Assembly (NCBI RefSeq): GCF_004010195.1
Contig: NW_025214709.1
Coordinates: 1 to 33,408 of the forward strand
Source: Chiloscyllium plagiosum
Taxonomy: Eukaryota
Direction: 5' to 3'
Length of the DNA: 33,408 nucleotides
The notes beneath the pieces are model-generated. The model had not been told where the DNA came from. It did no database searches and saw only the letters and a list, made by a program, of their open reading frames with translations. The translations under genes and the position numbers were made by a program. The stretch's first letter is position 1. Every line of letters starts with the position of its first letter. Positions 1 to 9,390 of this stretch are shown here, piece after piece.

Positions 1-29
1 CCCACCCAGTCAGTTCCACATTCCCCATC

Positions 30-320
30 ACCCTGGAATGATAGAGTCATTCAGTACAGGAGACGGCCTTTGGCCCATCAAGCCTGAGCTGCTAGAAATG
101 TACCACTACCTACACCGCTCCGACTTTCCTGTAGTTGTCCCATTGTTTGAAATGCTGTGGTACGTCAAGTGCGTATTCAAGTAGTTTTTAATGGTCGTGA
201 GATTTCCAGGCAGTGAGTTCTAGAGTCCCACTACCTTCTGGGTCAAAAATGATTTTCCTCAAATCCCCTCCTGCCTTTCACCTTAAAATTATGTCCACCT
301 CGTTATTGGTTCTATGTCCT
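30..320 (-). mobile_element. Degenerate CR1-type LINE 3' end fragment
   Basis: ATAGAGTCATTCAGTACAGGAGACGGCCTTTGGCCCA... and ...CCACTACCTTCTGGGTCAAAAA...TTTCACCTTAAA resemble the minus-strand CR1 tail seen more intact at 25490-25800. Confidence 0.45.
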
Positions 321-477
321 TTCCCAAATTATTGAGCTCTAACATCATCACCTTCCAGGATTGGATTCAAACTCCTGCACCCAGGACATTTTCCGAATCT
401 CGAGCTTGTTAATCCCATGGCGTGACACTACCGCCTCTCCCTGTTTACTGTCTGCACTGCGTCCCCTGTTCCAGCTG

Positions 478-547
478 AACTGCCAGCAGCATGGGCAGAC
501 CCTCCCACGAGGACATTAGTCCCGTTCTGGTTCAGGGTCAGACCTCC
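478..547 (-). mobile_element. Remnant of CR1 ORF1 (SGNH/esterase-like C-terminal motif)
   Basis: The minus strand translates GLTLNQNGTNVLVGGSAHAAG, resembling the DGLHLN..GT..L motif of vertebrate CR1 ORF1. Confidence 0.4.
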
Positions 548-794
548 AGTTTCCCCAGAGACGGGACCTTGACAGACAGGTCTGTGTTAACTCTGAGTGC
601 CACACTCTCAGGATAGTCTCAGATTGAGCAGGGTAATGGTGGAGCTGAGGACGCTCAGCAATCAATAGTTTCGCTTCAGATCTGATCCTGAGTGTCTCTT
701 GGCTCAGCTTTCCAGTGTTGTCCCAACCATCAGTGAAACAGATGAATGGCAGACAGAACCTTAATAAAGCTACAAACTATGTTCAGGTGTGTCT

Positions 795-1246
795 TTGTGA
801 ATGTGAGCTGTGAGAGTGAATGTGAACTGTGTGACTGAGTGCGAGCTGTGTAGGTGAGTGTGAGCTGTAGGAGTGAGAGTGAGTAGTGTAGGTGAGTGTG
901 AGCTGTGAACTTGAGTGTGAGCAGGATTGGGAGTGAGCTGAGTTGGTGAGAGTGAGCTGTGTGAGTGAGTAAGCTATGTAGGTGATTGTGAGTTAAGTGA
1001 GTGTGAACTGAGTGGTGAGTGTGAGCTGAGTGAGTGTGAGATATGTAAGTCAGTGTGAGCTGAGTTGGTGCATGTGAGCTGTGTAAGTGAGTGTGAACTG
1101 TGTTGGTGAGTATCAGCTGTGAAAGTCAGTGTGTGTTGTGTTGGTGAGTGTGAGCTGTGTTGTTGAGTGTGAGCTGGGTTGGAGGTTTTGAGTTGTTGAG
1201 TGTGAGCTGGATTGGAGGTTTTGAGTGTGTTGTTGAGTGTGAGCTG
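795..1246. repeat. Low-complexity GTGA/GAGTGTGAGCTG tandem repeat running into a gap
   Basis: Repeated GAGTGTGAGCTG(T/A)G units of about 20-26 bp. Confidence 0.85.
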
Positions 1247-1746
1247 NNNNNNNNNNNNNNNNNNNNNNNNNNNNNNNNNNNNNNNNNNNNNNNNNNNNNN
1301 NNNNNNNNNNNNNNNNNNNNNNNNNNNNNNNNNNNNNNNNNNNNNNNNNNNNNNNNNNNNNNNNNNNNNNNNNNNNNNNNNNNNNNNNNNNNNNNNNNNN
1401 NNNNNNNNNNNNNNNNNNNNNNNNNNNNNNNNNNNNNNNNNNNNNNNNNNNNNNNNNNNNNNNNNNNNNNNNNNNNNNNNNNNNNNNNNNNNNNNNNNNN
1501 NNNNNNNNNNNNNNNNNNNNNNNNNNNNNNNNNNNNNNNNNNNNNNNNNNNNNNNNNNNNNNNNNNNNNNNNNNNNNNNNNNNNNNNNNNNNNNNNNNNN
1601 NNNNNNNNNNNNNNNNNNNNNNNNNNNNNNNNNNNNNNNNNNNNNNNNNNNNNNNNNNNNNNNNNNNNNNNNNNNNNNNNNNNNNNNNNNNNNNNNNNNN
1701 NNNNNNNNNNNNNNNNNNNNNNNNNNNNNNNNNNNNNNNNNNNNNN
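1247..1746. other. Assembly gap (500 N; round number, probably an arbitrary scaffolding gap)
   Basis: Run of N with different tandem repeats on each side. Confidence 0.98.
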
Positions 1747-2260
1747 CGCTCCCACCTGGTGTGTGTTAGAATGGGGGACTCGCTCCCACCTGGTCTGTGT
1801 TAGAATGGGGAACTCGCACCCTCCTGGTGTGTGTTAGAATGGGGGACTCGCTCCCACTTTGTGTGGGTTAGAATGGGGGACTCGCTCCCACCTGGTGTGG
1901 GTTAGAATGGGGGACATGCTCCCACTTTGTGTGGGATAGAATGGGGGACTCGCTCCCACCTGGTGTGGGTTAGATTGGGGGACATGCTCCCACTTTGTGT
2001 GGGATAGAATGGGGGACTCGCTCCCACCTGGTGTGGGTTAGATTGGGGGACATGCTCCCACTTTGTGTGGGATAGAATGGGGGACTCGCTCCCACCTGGT
2101 GTGGGTTAGATTGGGGGACTCACAAAGTGGGAGCAATTCCCAAAATCTAACCCCCACCAGGTGGGAGCGAGTCCCCTATTCTAACCCACACAAAGTGGGA
2201 GCGAGTGCCCCATTCTAACCCACACCAGGTGGGAGCAAGTATCCCATTCTAACCCAGACA
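1747..2260. repeat. 34-bp minisatellite (GCTCCCACCTGGTGTGGGTTAGAATGGGGGACTC) whose orientation flips at about 2121
   Basis: About 11 forward units, then about 4 reverse-complement units (…CCCCATTCTAACCCACACCAGGTGGGAGC). Confidence 0.92.
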
Positions 2261-2282
2261 GGCAGACACACACACACACAGT

Positions 2283-2593
2283 GGGTGGCACAGTGGCTCA
2301 ATTCCTGCCTTGGGCGGCTGTTCGCGTGGAGTTTGCACATCCTCCCCGTGTTTGCGTTACTTTCTCTGGGTGCTCCAGTTTCCTCCCAGAAACCAAAGAT
2401 GCGTTGGTTTGTTGAGTTGGCCATGTTAAAATTGCCCATAGTTCAGGAATGTGATGGTTCGGTGTATTAGCCTGGTGTAAATGTAGAGCAATAGGGGAAT
2501 GGGCCTGGGTGGCTTACCCTTTGCATGGTCAGTGTGGAGCTGTTGGGCCAAAGGGCCTGTTTCCACACTGTAGGGATTCTATACCATTCTATG
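2283..2593 (+). mobile_element. HE1-like tRNA-derived V-SINE with an internal deletion in the head
   Basis: GGCACAGTGGCTCA head, V-domain GTGGAGTTTGCACATCCTCCCCGTG...CTCCAGTTTCCTCCCA, CR1-type tail GGGCCTGTTTCCACACTGTAGGGATTCTA. Confidence 0.85.
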
Positions 2594-2685
2594 TCTCACA
2601 CACACACCCACACAGACAAACTGGTGAGGAGAGAAACAGACACAGTGGGGTAGTGTGAGATGTGCACACACGCACATACAGTGTA

Positions 2686-3016
2686 CGGCACAGTGGCTAG
2701 CTCTGCTGCCTCACAGCGCCAGGGACCCGGGTTCAATTTTCGTCTCGGGCGACTGTCTGTGTGGAGTTTGTACGTCCTTCCGGTGTCTGTGTGGGTTCTC
2801 CTAGGTGCTCTGGTTTCCTCCCAGAATCCAAAGATCTGCAGGTTAGGTGAATTGGCTGTGTTAAAATTGCCCATAGTTCAGGAATGTGTAGGTTATGTGT
2901 ATTAGTCTGGGGTAAATGTAGGGCAGTTGGGGAATGGGTCTGGGTGGATTACTATTTACAGGGTCGGTGTGGAGTTGTTGGGCCGAAGGGCTTGTTCTAC
3001 ACTATACTATTCTATT
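2686..3016 (+). mobile_element. HE1-like tRNA-derived V-SINE
   Basis: GGCACAGTGGCTAGCTCTGCTGCCTCACAGCGCCAGGGACCCGGGTTCAATT (A/B boxes), V-domain, tail TTGGGCCGAAGGGCTTGTT. Confidence 0.88.
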
Positions 3017-3725
3017 CCTCACATACACACTCACACAGAAAAGCTATTGAGGAGAGAGACTGACACAGTGAGGCCATGGGAGGCATAGACTCACACACAC
3101 AGGCAAACTATTGAGGAGAGAGAGTGAGAGTGAGGCAGTGGGAGACGTCCACACGCATACACAGACAAACTATTTGGAAGAGAGATTGACACAGTGAGGC
3201 AGTGGGAAATGTATACATACACACACACATAGACAAACTATTTGGGAGAGAGACTGACAATGAGGCAGTGGGAGATAGACACACTCACACACACAGACAA
3301 ACTAGTGAGGAGAGAGACCGACACAGTGAGCCAGTGGGAGTTGTACACTCACACACACAGGCAAACTAGTGAGGAGAGAGACTGACGCAGTAAGGCAGTG
3401 GGAAATGCACACTCACAAACTAGTGAGGAGAGAGACTGACACAGTGAGGCAGTGGGAGATGTACACTCACACACACAGACAAACTAGTGAGGAGAGAGAC
3501 TGACACAGTGAAGCAGAGGGAGAAGTGCACTCACAGACACAGACAAACTAGTGACCAGAGAGACTGCCACAGTGAGGCAGTGGGAGATGTACACTCACAC
3601 AGACAAACACACACACACACACACACAAACTAGTGCGGAGAAAGATTGACACAGTGAGGCAGTGGGAAATGTATACCCACAGACACACACAGACTGACAC
3701 AGTGGAATTCTGGGAAATGTACACA
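3017..3725. repeat. About 60-bp minisatellite (CACACAGACAAACTAGTGAGGAGAGAGACTGACACAGTGAGGCAGTGGGAGATGTACACT)
   Basis: About 11-12 imperfect units with variable CA length; one extra unit at 2596-2685. Confidence 0.9.
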
Positions 3726-4319
3726 TGTATCGATGAATTGTTCAAGAGATAGACAGGGACAGATGCAAGGAGGGAAGGAGAAACACCCACACAAACAGAA
3801 GGAAAGATTCCCGTTCTCATACAGAAAATAAACAAGGAGAGAGACAGATGATGAGAGTCAGATGCAGTGGGAAACTCTTGGACTTGTGTAGTTGTGTAAT
3901 TATTCCCTCGTGCATTTTGTTGCCCACAGCAGTAGAAATCATGCCAGTATTGAGAAAAATTGCCCAGTTAGTCCCACATTAAAGGCTGTTGACTCACCTT
4001 GACTAGATTTGAGATGACTGCTCAAGAATTTGTTTGTGGGTCTTATGTGAGCTCCCATTGCAATATTGAAATGCTTGGTATTGATTTTGAGGTATTCTGT
4101 CTGGGTTAATGGGATAACTTATGTTCCCAGATTTCAGGGATTTGCAAACCAAACAAGAATGGACTAAGTGACCCCAACACATGGGCTAAAGCCTTGTTGC
4201 CAAATGAATGCATAAGTCAACACATTTGGCTGATGCTCTGTTCCCCTCCAGTTTCTCTGAGTCATACCAATCACTCACTCTTGTCTGCACATCATCCTAA
4301 ACATGCAAGACTAAAAATG

Positions 4320-4712
4320 TAAGCTGGCCAGAGAACTAAGCTTCATTTCAAAACTTGAGTCCAAAACCCAAGACATGGCTCTCAGTGCAAGACTGAGGTG
4401 CTGTTCAACCGTGATAGCTGCATTTTCACATAAGCCGATTAAACCATCCGTCTGAATTAAAGACCCCGCTGTGTGATTCAGATGAGAGTTGGAGATTCTC
4501 CAGAGTGTCCTGGGTCAATACCTGTCCCTCAAACTAACATCACTGAAACAGATGTCCTAGCCATGGAATTATTTGGGAGCTTGCTCAGTACAAAACGCCT
4601 GCAGTGTTTCCCTACAGAATAATACTCATTGTTCTTCATTGTAATTCATTTGCTTTGGGATGTTTCCGAAAGATCCAGAAGGCCACTATATAAAGAAATC
4701 TTTTCTTTTTCA
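4320..4712 (+). mobile_element. Old DeuSINE (SacSINE1/AmnSINE1-like) copy
   Basis: ACTTGAGTCCAAAA..CAGTGCAAGACTGAGGTGCTG..TTAAACC..GTGTCCTGGGTCAATA..CCCTCAAACTAACATCACTGAAACAGA..GGGAGCTTGCT..GCTTTGGGATG..CTATATAAA follow the recalled Deu-domain order. Confidence 0.65.
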
Positions 4713-5071
4713 TTTTGAGCCACAGAGTAATTGTCAAGTGACAAGTTAATTCAGTCCAGCAGCACCAGAACTATCCCATCTGTAACACTCATTCCATTAA
4801 TTGAGTTTGCTATGACGAATCCCAGTTATAACCAGGTTTCAAAGACATAGCTTAAGGCTGAAATCTCTGTTGCCTCAAGACTGAAACAACTTTATTCAAT
4901 TTCACACTGCATTTATGTTTACAAAACTAGTGAATGTTTTATTCTTGCCAGACTGAAAAAGATAGACCAGTACAGTTACAGTCCATGTGTGGTCAATAAA
5001 ACTAACCACTATCACTTATGAGGGATCTTGACAATATCTTGAGAGATAAAAACAACCTCTAGAACCCTCAA

Positions 5072-6635
5072 CTGCCAGAAAGTTATGGCCTCAGGCTCCA
5101 CTCTGTAGCTTTAAGCACAAACTCTGGGACAACACTGAAGGAGTGCTGAAGTGTCAGAGAGGCAGGCTGCCCTATGATCTGATTAAAAAGTAGTGCATAC
5201 TTGAGGGGCTGCGTGGGAGGGGAGGCACTGAAGATGTGTTATGCTATCAGAAGGTTGGCACTGAGGGAGTGCCGTGCTGTCAGAGGGTCAGTGCTGAGGG
5301 ACTGCTGCATTATCGGAGGGTCAATGCTGAGGGAGTGCCGCACTGTTGGAGGGTCAATGCTGAGGGAGTGCCGCACTGTTGGAGGGTCAGTGCTGAGGGA
5401 GCGGCGCACTGTTGGAGGGTCAGTGATGAGGGAGTGTTGCATTGTCGGGGGGTCAGTGCTGAGGGAGTGCCACACTGTTGGAGGGTCAGCGCTGAGGGAG
5501 CGCCGCACTGTCAGAGGGACAGTGCTGAGGGAGCGCCGCACTGTCAGAGGGACAGTGCTGAGGGAGCGCCGCACTGTCGGAGGGTCAGTGCTGAGGGAGT
5601 GCCGCACTGTCGGAGGGTCAGCGCTGAGGGAGCGCCGCACTGTCGGAGGGTCAATGCTGAGGAAGCTGGCACTGTTGGAGAATCAATGCTGAGGAAGCGC
5701 TGGACTGTTGGAGGGTTAACTCAGAAGGAGCAGGCACTGTCAGAGGATCAGTGTTGAGAGAGCAGGCACTGTCGGAGGATCAGGGCTGAAGGAGCAGGCA
5801 CTGTTGGAGGATCAGTGCTGAGGAAGTGGGCACTATTGAAGGGTCAATGTTGAGGGAGCGGGCACTGTTGGAGTGTCAGTGCTGACGGAGTGGGCACTGT
5901 CAGAGGGTCAGTGCTGAGGGAGCACCGCACTGTCAGAGGGTCAACGCTGAGGAAGCGGGCACTGTTGGAGGGTCAGTGCTGAGGGAGTGCTGTACAATCG
6001 GAGTGTCAGTGCTGAGGGAGTGCCGCACTGTCGGAGGTTCAGTGCTGAGGGAGTGCTGTACCATCGGAGTATCAGTGCTGAGGGAGTGCCGCACTGTCGG
6101 AGGGTCAGTGCTGAGGGAGCAGGCACTGTCGGAGGGTCAGTGCTGAGGGAGTGCCGCACTGTCAGAGGGTCAGTGCTGAGGGAGCAGGCACTGTCAGAGG
6201 GTCAGCGCTGAGGGAGCAGGCACTGTCGGAGGGTCAGTGCTGAGGGAGCAGGCAATGTCAGAGGGTCAGTGCTGAGGGAGCAGGCACTGTCGGAGGGTCA
6301 ACGCTGAGGGAGTGCTGTACCATCAGTAGTGAGAGTGTGCTGTGCTGTTGGAGGGTTGGCATTGAGGCTGCATCATGCTGTCGGAGGGTCAGTGCTGAGG
6401 GAGCTGCACACTGCCAAACAATGTGTGCTGAGGGTGTGCTGTGTTGTTGGAGGGTCAGTGCTAAGAGAATATTGCTCTCTTGGAGAAGCAGTAAAGAGGG
6501 AATGCTGCACTGTCAGAAGTGCTTTCGTTTGGATAAGACATTAAACCAAGCCCTGTCCACCCTCTCAAATAGCCATGAAAGGTACTATTTTGAAGAGTGG
6601 GGCAGTTCTGCCTCTCAGATTGCAAAACCAAACTA
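5072..6635 (+). mobile_element. DeuSINE-like copy with its internal segment expanded into a minisatellite
   Basis: SINE 5' part (CAGAAAGTTATGG..CCACTC..TAAGCACAAA) lies before the array. The SINE continues after it (GGATAAGACATTAAACCAAG..CCCTCTCA..TACTATTTTGAAGAG..AGTTCT). Confidence 0.65.
5255..6517 (+). repeat. 32-33-bp minisatellite (GGGTCAGTGCTGAGGGAGTGCCGCACTGTCGGA), array 1
   Basis: Roughly 38 units, degenerate at both edges. Confidence 0.95.
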
Positions 6636-6790
6636 ATGAGCTATCGCACATTTTTCTCTTTGTTAAATACTATTTAAAATATTCTTTATCACTCAGGCTG
6701 AGTGTGGGTTTGAATGTTATGAGATTGACATGATGACGAGATCCGGCTGAATGAGCTGGAGCCGTGTTCAGATTTGCTAATGGTTTTTAT

Positions 6791-7113
6791 AGAATCCATA
6801 GTGTGGAAACAGGCCAATTGGTCCAACAGCATCACACCCAGATCCCCACCCCTACCTATCCCTGTAATCCTGCATTTTCCATGGCTAATGCACCTAATCT
6901 ACACACCCCTGAACACTATGGGTAGGTTAGCATGTTCAATACACCTAACTCGCACAAATCTGTGGACGGAAACTGGAGCATCCAGCAGAATCCCACCGCA
7001 GACACGGGGAGAACATGCAAACACCACACAGACACTTGCCCGAGGCTGGAATTGAACCTGGGTCTCTAGAGCTGTGAGGCAGCAGTGCTAACCACTGAGC
7101 CACCATGCCGCCC
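6791..7113 (-). mobile_element. HE1-like V-SINE, near full length
   Basis: The reverse complement starts GGGCGGCATGGTGGCTCAGTGGTTAGCACTGCTGCCTCACAGC...GGTTCAATTCC and ends GGCCTGTTTCCACACTATGGATTCT. Confidence 0.9.
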
Positions 7114-7179
7114 CAGTGGAAGCTCTGAGATCTGAGGAGAAGTGTATATTGAGGTGTGTGAGGTTGATGGATCGAGAGA

Positions 7180-7600
7180 AGCATATTATCCAAATGCTGA
7201 GAAATTGTCAAGCTCCAAGATGCAGAGAGATCTGGATTCCATAATGCCTAAATTGTAAAAGGTTAATGTATATGGATACCATAAGTAATAAGAAAAGTTA
7301 ACAGAATGTTATTGTATATTGCAAGGGGAGTTGAATATCAAAAGGGGGAGGTTATACTTTAGTTCTGCAGGGTATTGGTAAAACAGTGTACTGAATACTT
7401 ACTTAAGAACAATGGTACATGTGTTGAAAGCAATTCAGAGAATGTTTACCAGACTAATACCTGGAATGGATGGAAAAGTTGGAGTTTAGGCTTATATCTG
7501 CTGGAGTTTAAAAGACTCAGAGGAAACTTGATTGAAATAAATAAGATCCTGAGGGGATTAGACAGAGAAGATGTGGAAGGGATATGGGAGAATGCAGAAT
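7180..7600 (+). mobile_element. Degenerate CR1 ORF2 C-terminal fragment
   Basis: Translates in part to LYLLEFKRLRGNLIEINKILRGLDREDVE, the typical CR1 C-terminal motif. Confidence 0.75.
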
Positions 7601-7617
7601 GAGTTGGGGGTCACTGT

Positions 7618-7720
7618 TCAGTTCTGAAGAAGAGTCATACCAGACTCAAAACATTAACTTAGTTTCCTTCTCTCCACAAATGCTACCAGGCTTTTCCAGC
7701 ATTTCCACTATTTCTTACTT
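7618..7720 (+). mobile_element. Decayed Penelope-type short repeat with a degenerate minimal hammerhead motif
   Basis: AGTT-CTGAAGA-A-GAGTC-ATACCA-GACTC-AAAAC-ATT-AACT, followed by TCTCTCCACAAATGCT..TTTTCCAGCATTT. Confidence 0.6.
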
Positions 7721-7734
7721 GTATATTTAATTTC

Positions 7735-8245
7735 CCTTACAATAAGTGACAACATTCCCTATGCTTTCCTAATCACTTGCTGTACCTGCATACCAACGTT
7801 TTGTAATTCATGTACCAGGACACTCAGATCCCTTGGTACCACTGAGTTTGCAATCTTCCTCCATTTAAATAACGTGACTTTTCTATTCTTCCTGGCAAAG
7901 TGGACAAGATCACATTTTTCCACATTAGACTTCATCTGCCAGATTGTTTCTTACTCACAAAACCTGTCTATATCCCATTGCAGACTCCTTATGTCCTTAT
8001 TAGAACTTTCTCCTTTGTACCATCAGTAAAATTAACAAGCTTACATACGATCCCTTCATCCAAGTCATTGATATTCATTCAGCACTGGTTTCTGTAGCAC
8101 TCATCCAGCTACACCTTGCGAAGCTGATATTAACTCATTGGTCCCTACTCTGTTTTTTCCTGATAGCTAATCGATCTTCTATCCACACCGGGATGTTATT
8201 CCTTCCCTACCCTGTGAGCTCTTAGTTTGCGTAGTAACCTTTAAT
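7735..8245 (-). mobile_element. Degenerate CR1 RT fragment
   Basis: AACATTCC..GCTTTCCTAATCACTTGCTGTACCTGCA..CAGATCCCT..TTCATCTGCCA..CCTTCATCCAAGTCATTGATAT parallels the minus-strand CR1 at 26100-26480. Confidence 0.7.
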
Positions 8246-8259
8246 GAACTGAAAGTCAG

Positions 8260-8500
8260 GGCCTCCCTCAGTGCTTCACTGACACTGTCAGTCTGGGTCG
8301 TAGATTTAAGTCATTGCTGGACTTGAAGCCTTAATCTTCTGACTCAGAGACTTATAGTTATCTCAGCATTATCACATTGTTCGTGGGAGCTTGATGTGTG
8401 CAAATTGGCTGCTGTGTTTCTTCCCTTACAACAGTGATAATTCTTCAAAGGTTAGTTCATTGGTAACCTCAAATACTTGGGGGACAGTCTGAAAAATGCT
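8260..8500. mobile_element. DeuSINE fragments: 5' half on minus strand (8260-8350) joined to 3' half on plus strand (8360-8500)
   Basis: CTCCCTCAGTGC...GGACTTGAAGCC..CTTCTGACTCAGAG, then ATTATCACATTG..GTGGGAGCTTGATGTGTGCAAATTGGCTGCTGTGTTTC..TTACAACAGTGA. Confidence 0.65.
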
Positions 8501-8611
8501 TCTTGTTTCTGTTTTGGCACATTGTTTGAAAGTAAACAGGAAACCACTGAAATAGTCTTGTCAATCATGGTCACCTCAGGTTGTTCCAACTTTCTTTGTC
8601 TGTGTCACCAG

Positions 8612-8753
8612 ATACCATGACAACCAGGATGTCACCAGTAACTTTCTGGGAGCGATGTGGCTCATCTCAATCACCTTTTTGTCCATCGGCTATGGTGACA
8701 TGGTGCCCAACACTTACTGTGGGAAAGGTGTCTGCTTGTTGACTGGGATCATG
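8612..8753 (+). CDS. KCNN2: Internal exon of an SK-type Ca2+-activated K+ channel (KCNN2-like): turret, pore helix, selectivity filter and start of S6
   Basis: cag|A TAC CAT GAC ... ATC ATG|gtaagt, 142 nt. Encodes (R)[49 protein letters not shown] family assignment is very strong. VPNTY matches KCNN2 (mammalian KCNN1/3 have VPHTY), but orthology is not proven. Absent from the ORF track. Confidence 0.95.
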
Positions 8754-8849
8754 GTAAGTGAACCTTCGCAGTAATTTACCTGGAGGCTGCAGCTTGGGGA
8801 CTGTAATCCAGGAAGGGGCTGTGCATTCAAAGTGGGAGACAGAGAGATG

Positions 8850-9215
8850 GGAACAAGAGAAGCTTGATCAGCCCTTCAAGCCGGCTGCACCAATCAATGA
8901 GACAATGGCCCTGCTTCTGCAATCTATCGCCAAACAAAAATCCACTCCTCTTTGTTCTGATGTATTTCGTCAGCTTTTTGAGGTTACAGTTCCAGAGTTC
9001 CTGTGTGTGAAGAGGTGCTTCCTGACATCACCCTTAAATGGCCTCACTCAGATTTTATGTTTTTGCCTCCTAATAATGAATTCTCCTTATCAGAGAATGT
9101 CTTATTGAATCCTTTAATCATCTTAAACACCTCAATTAGATCATGATTTCATCCTCTGTAATCACAAGGGAATACAAGGCTAGTCTATACAACTTTTACT
9201 CTTGAATTAGCCTTC
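8850..9215 (-). mobile_element. Degenerate CR1 3' end
   Basis: CAGCCCTTCAAGCCGGCTGCACCAATCAATGAGA..TGTGTGAAGAGGTGCTTCCTGACATCACCC..TTAAACACCTCAATTAGATCA. Confidence 0.6.
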
Positions 9216-9390
9216 TTAGTGTTGATGGAATCATTTATGACTAAGAGAGCAAACTGGACCTTGCTATTCACCTCAAAGTCACTATCGCTTAATTATCTAT
9301 TTATTATTGCGATGCTGTTTGTGAGATCTGGCTGCGTATTCCCTGCATTACAATAGGGTCTGCTCTTAACGGAAGGGTTTTATAATACAT

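Noticed and set aside
1126..1837. ORFs spanning N runs (also 22441-22861)
   Set aside because: They are open only because of assembly gaps.
5201..6636. Repetitive ORFs (RECRTVGGSVL / AEGVPHCRRVS)
   Set aside because: Translations of the 33-bp minisatellite, open in several frames on both strands.
7040..7113. tRNA gene
   Set aside because: The A/B boxes belong to a SINE head that continues into V-domain and CR1-type tail.
1..8611. Upstream KCNN S5 exon or an SK3-ex4-like turret insert exon
   Set aside because: No ...WTVR.CE-type coding sequence or convincing cassette found by eye; probably outside the window or in the gap.
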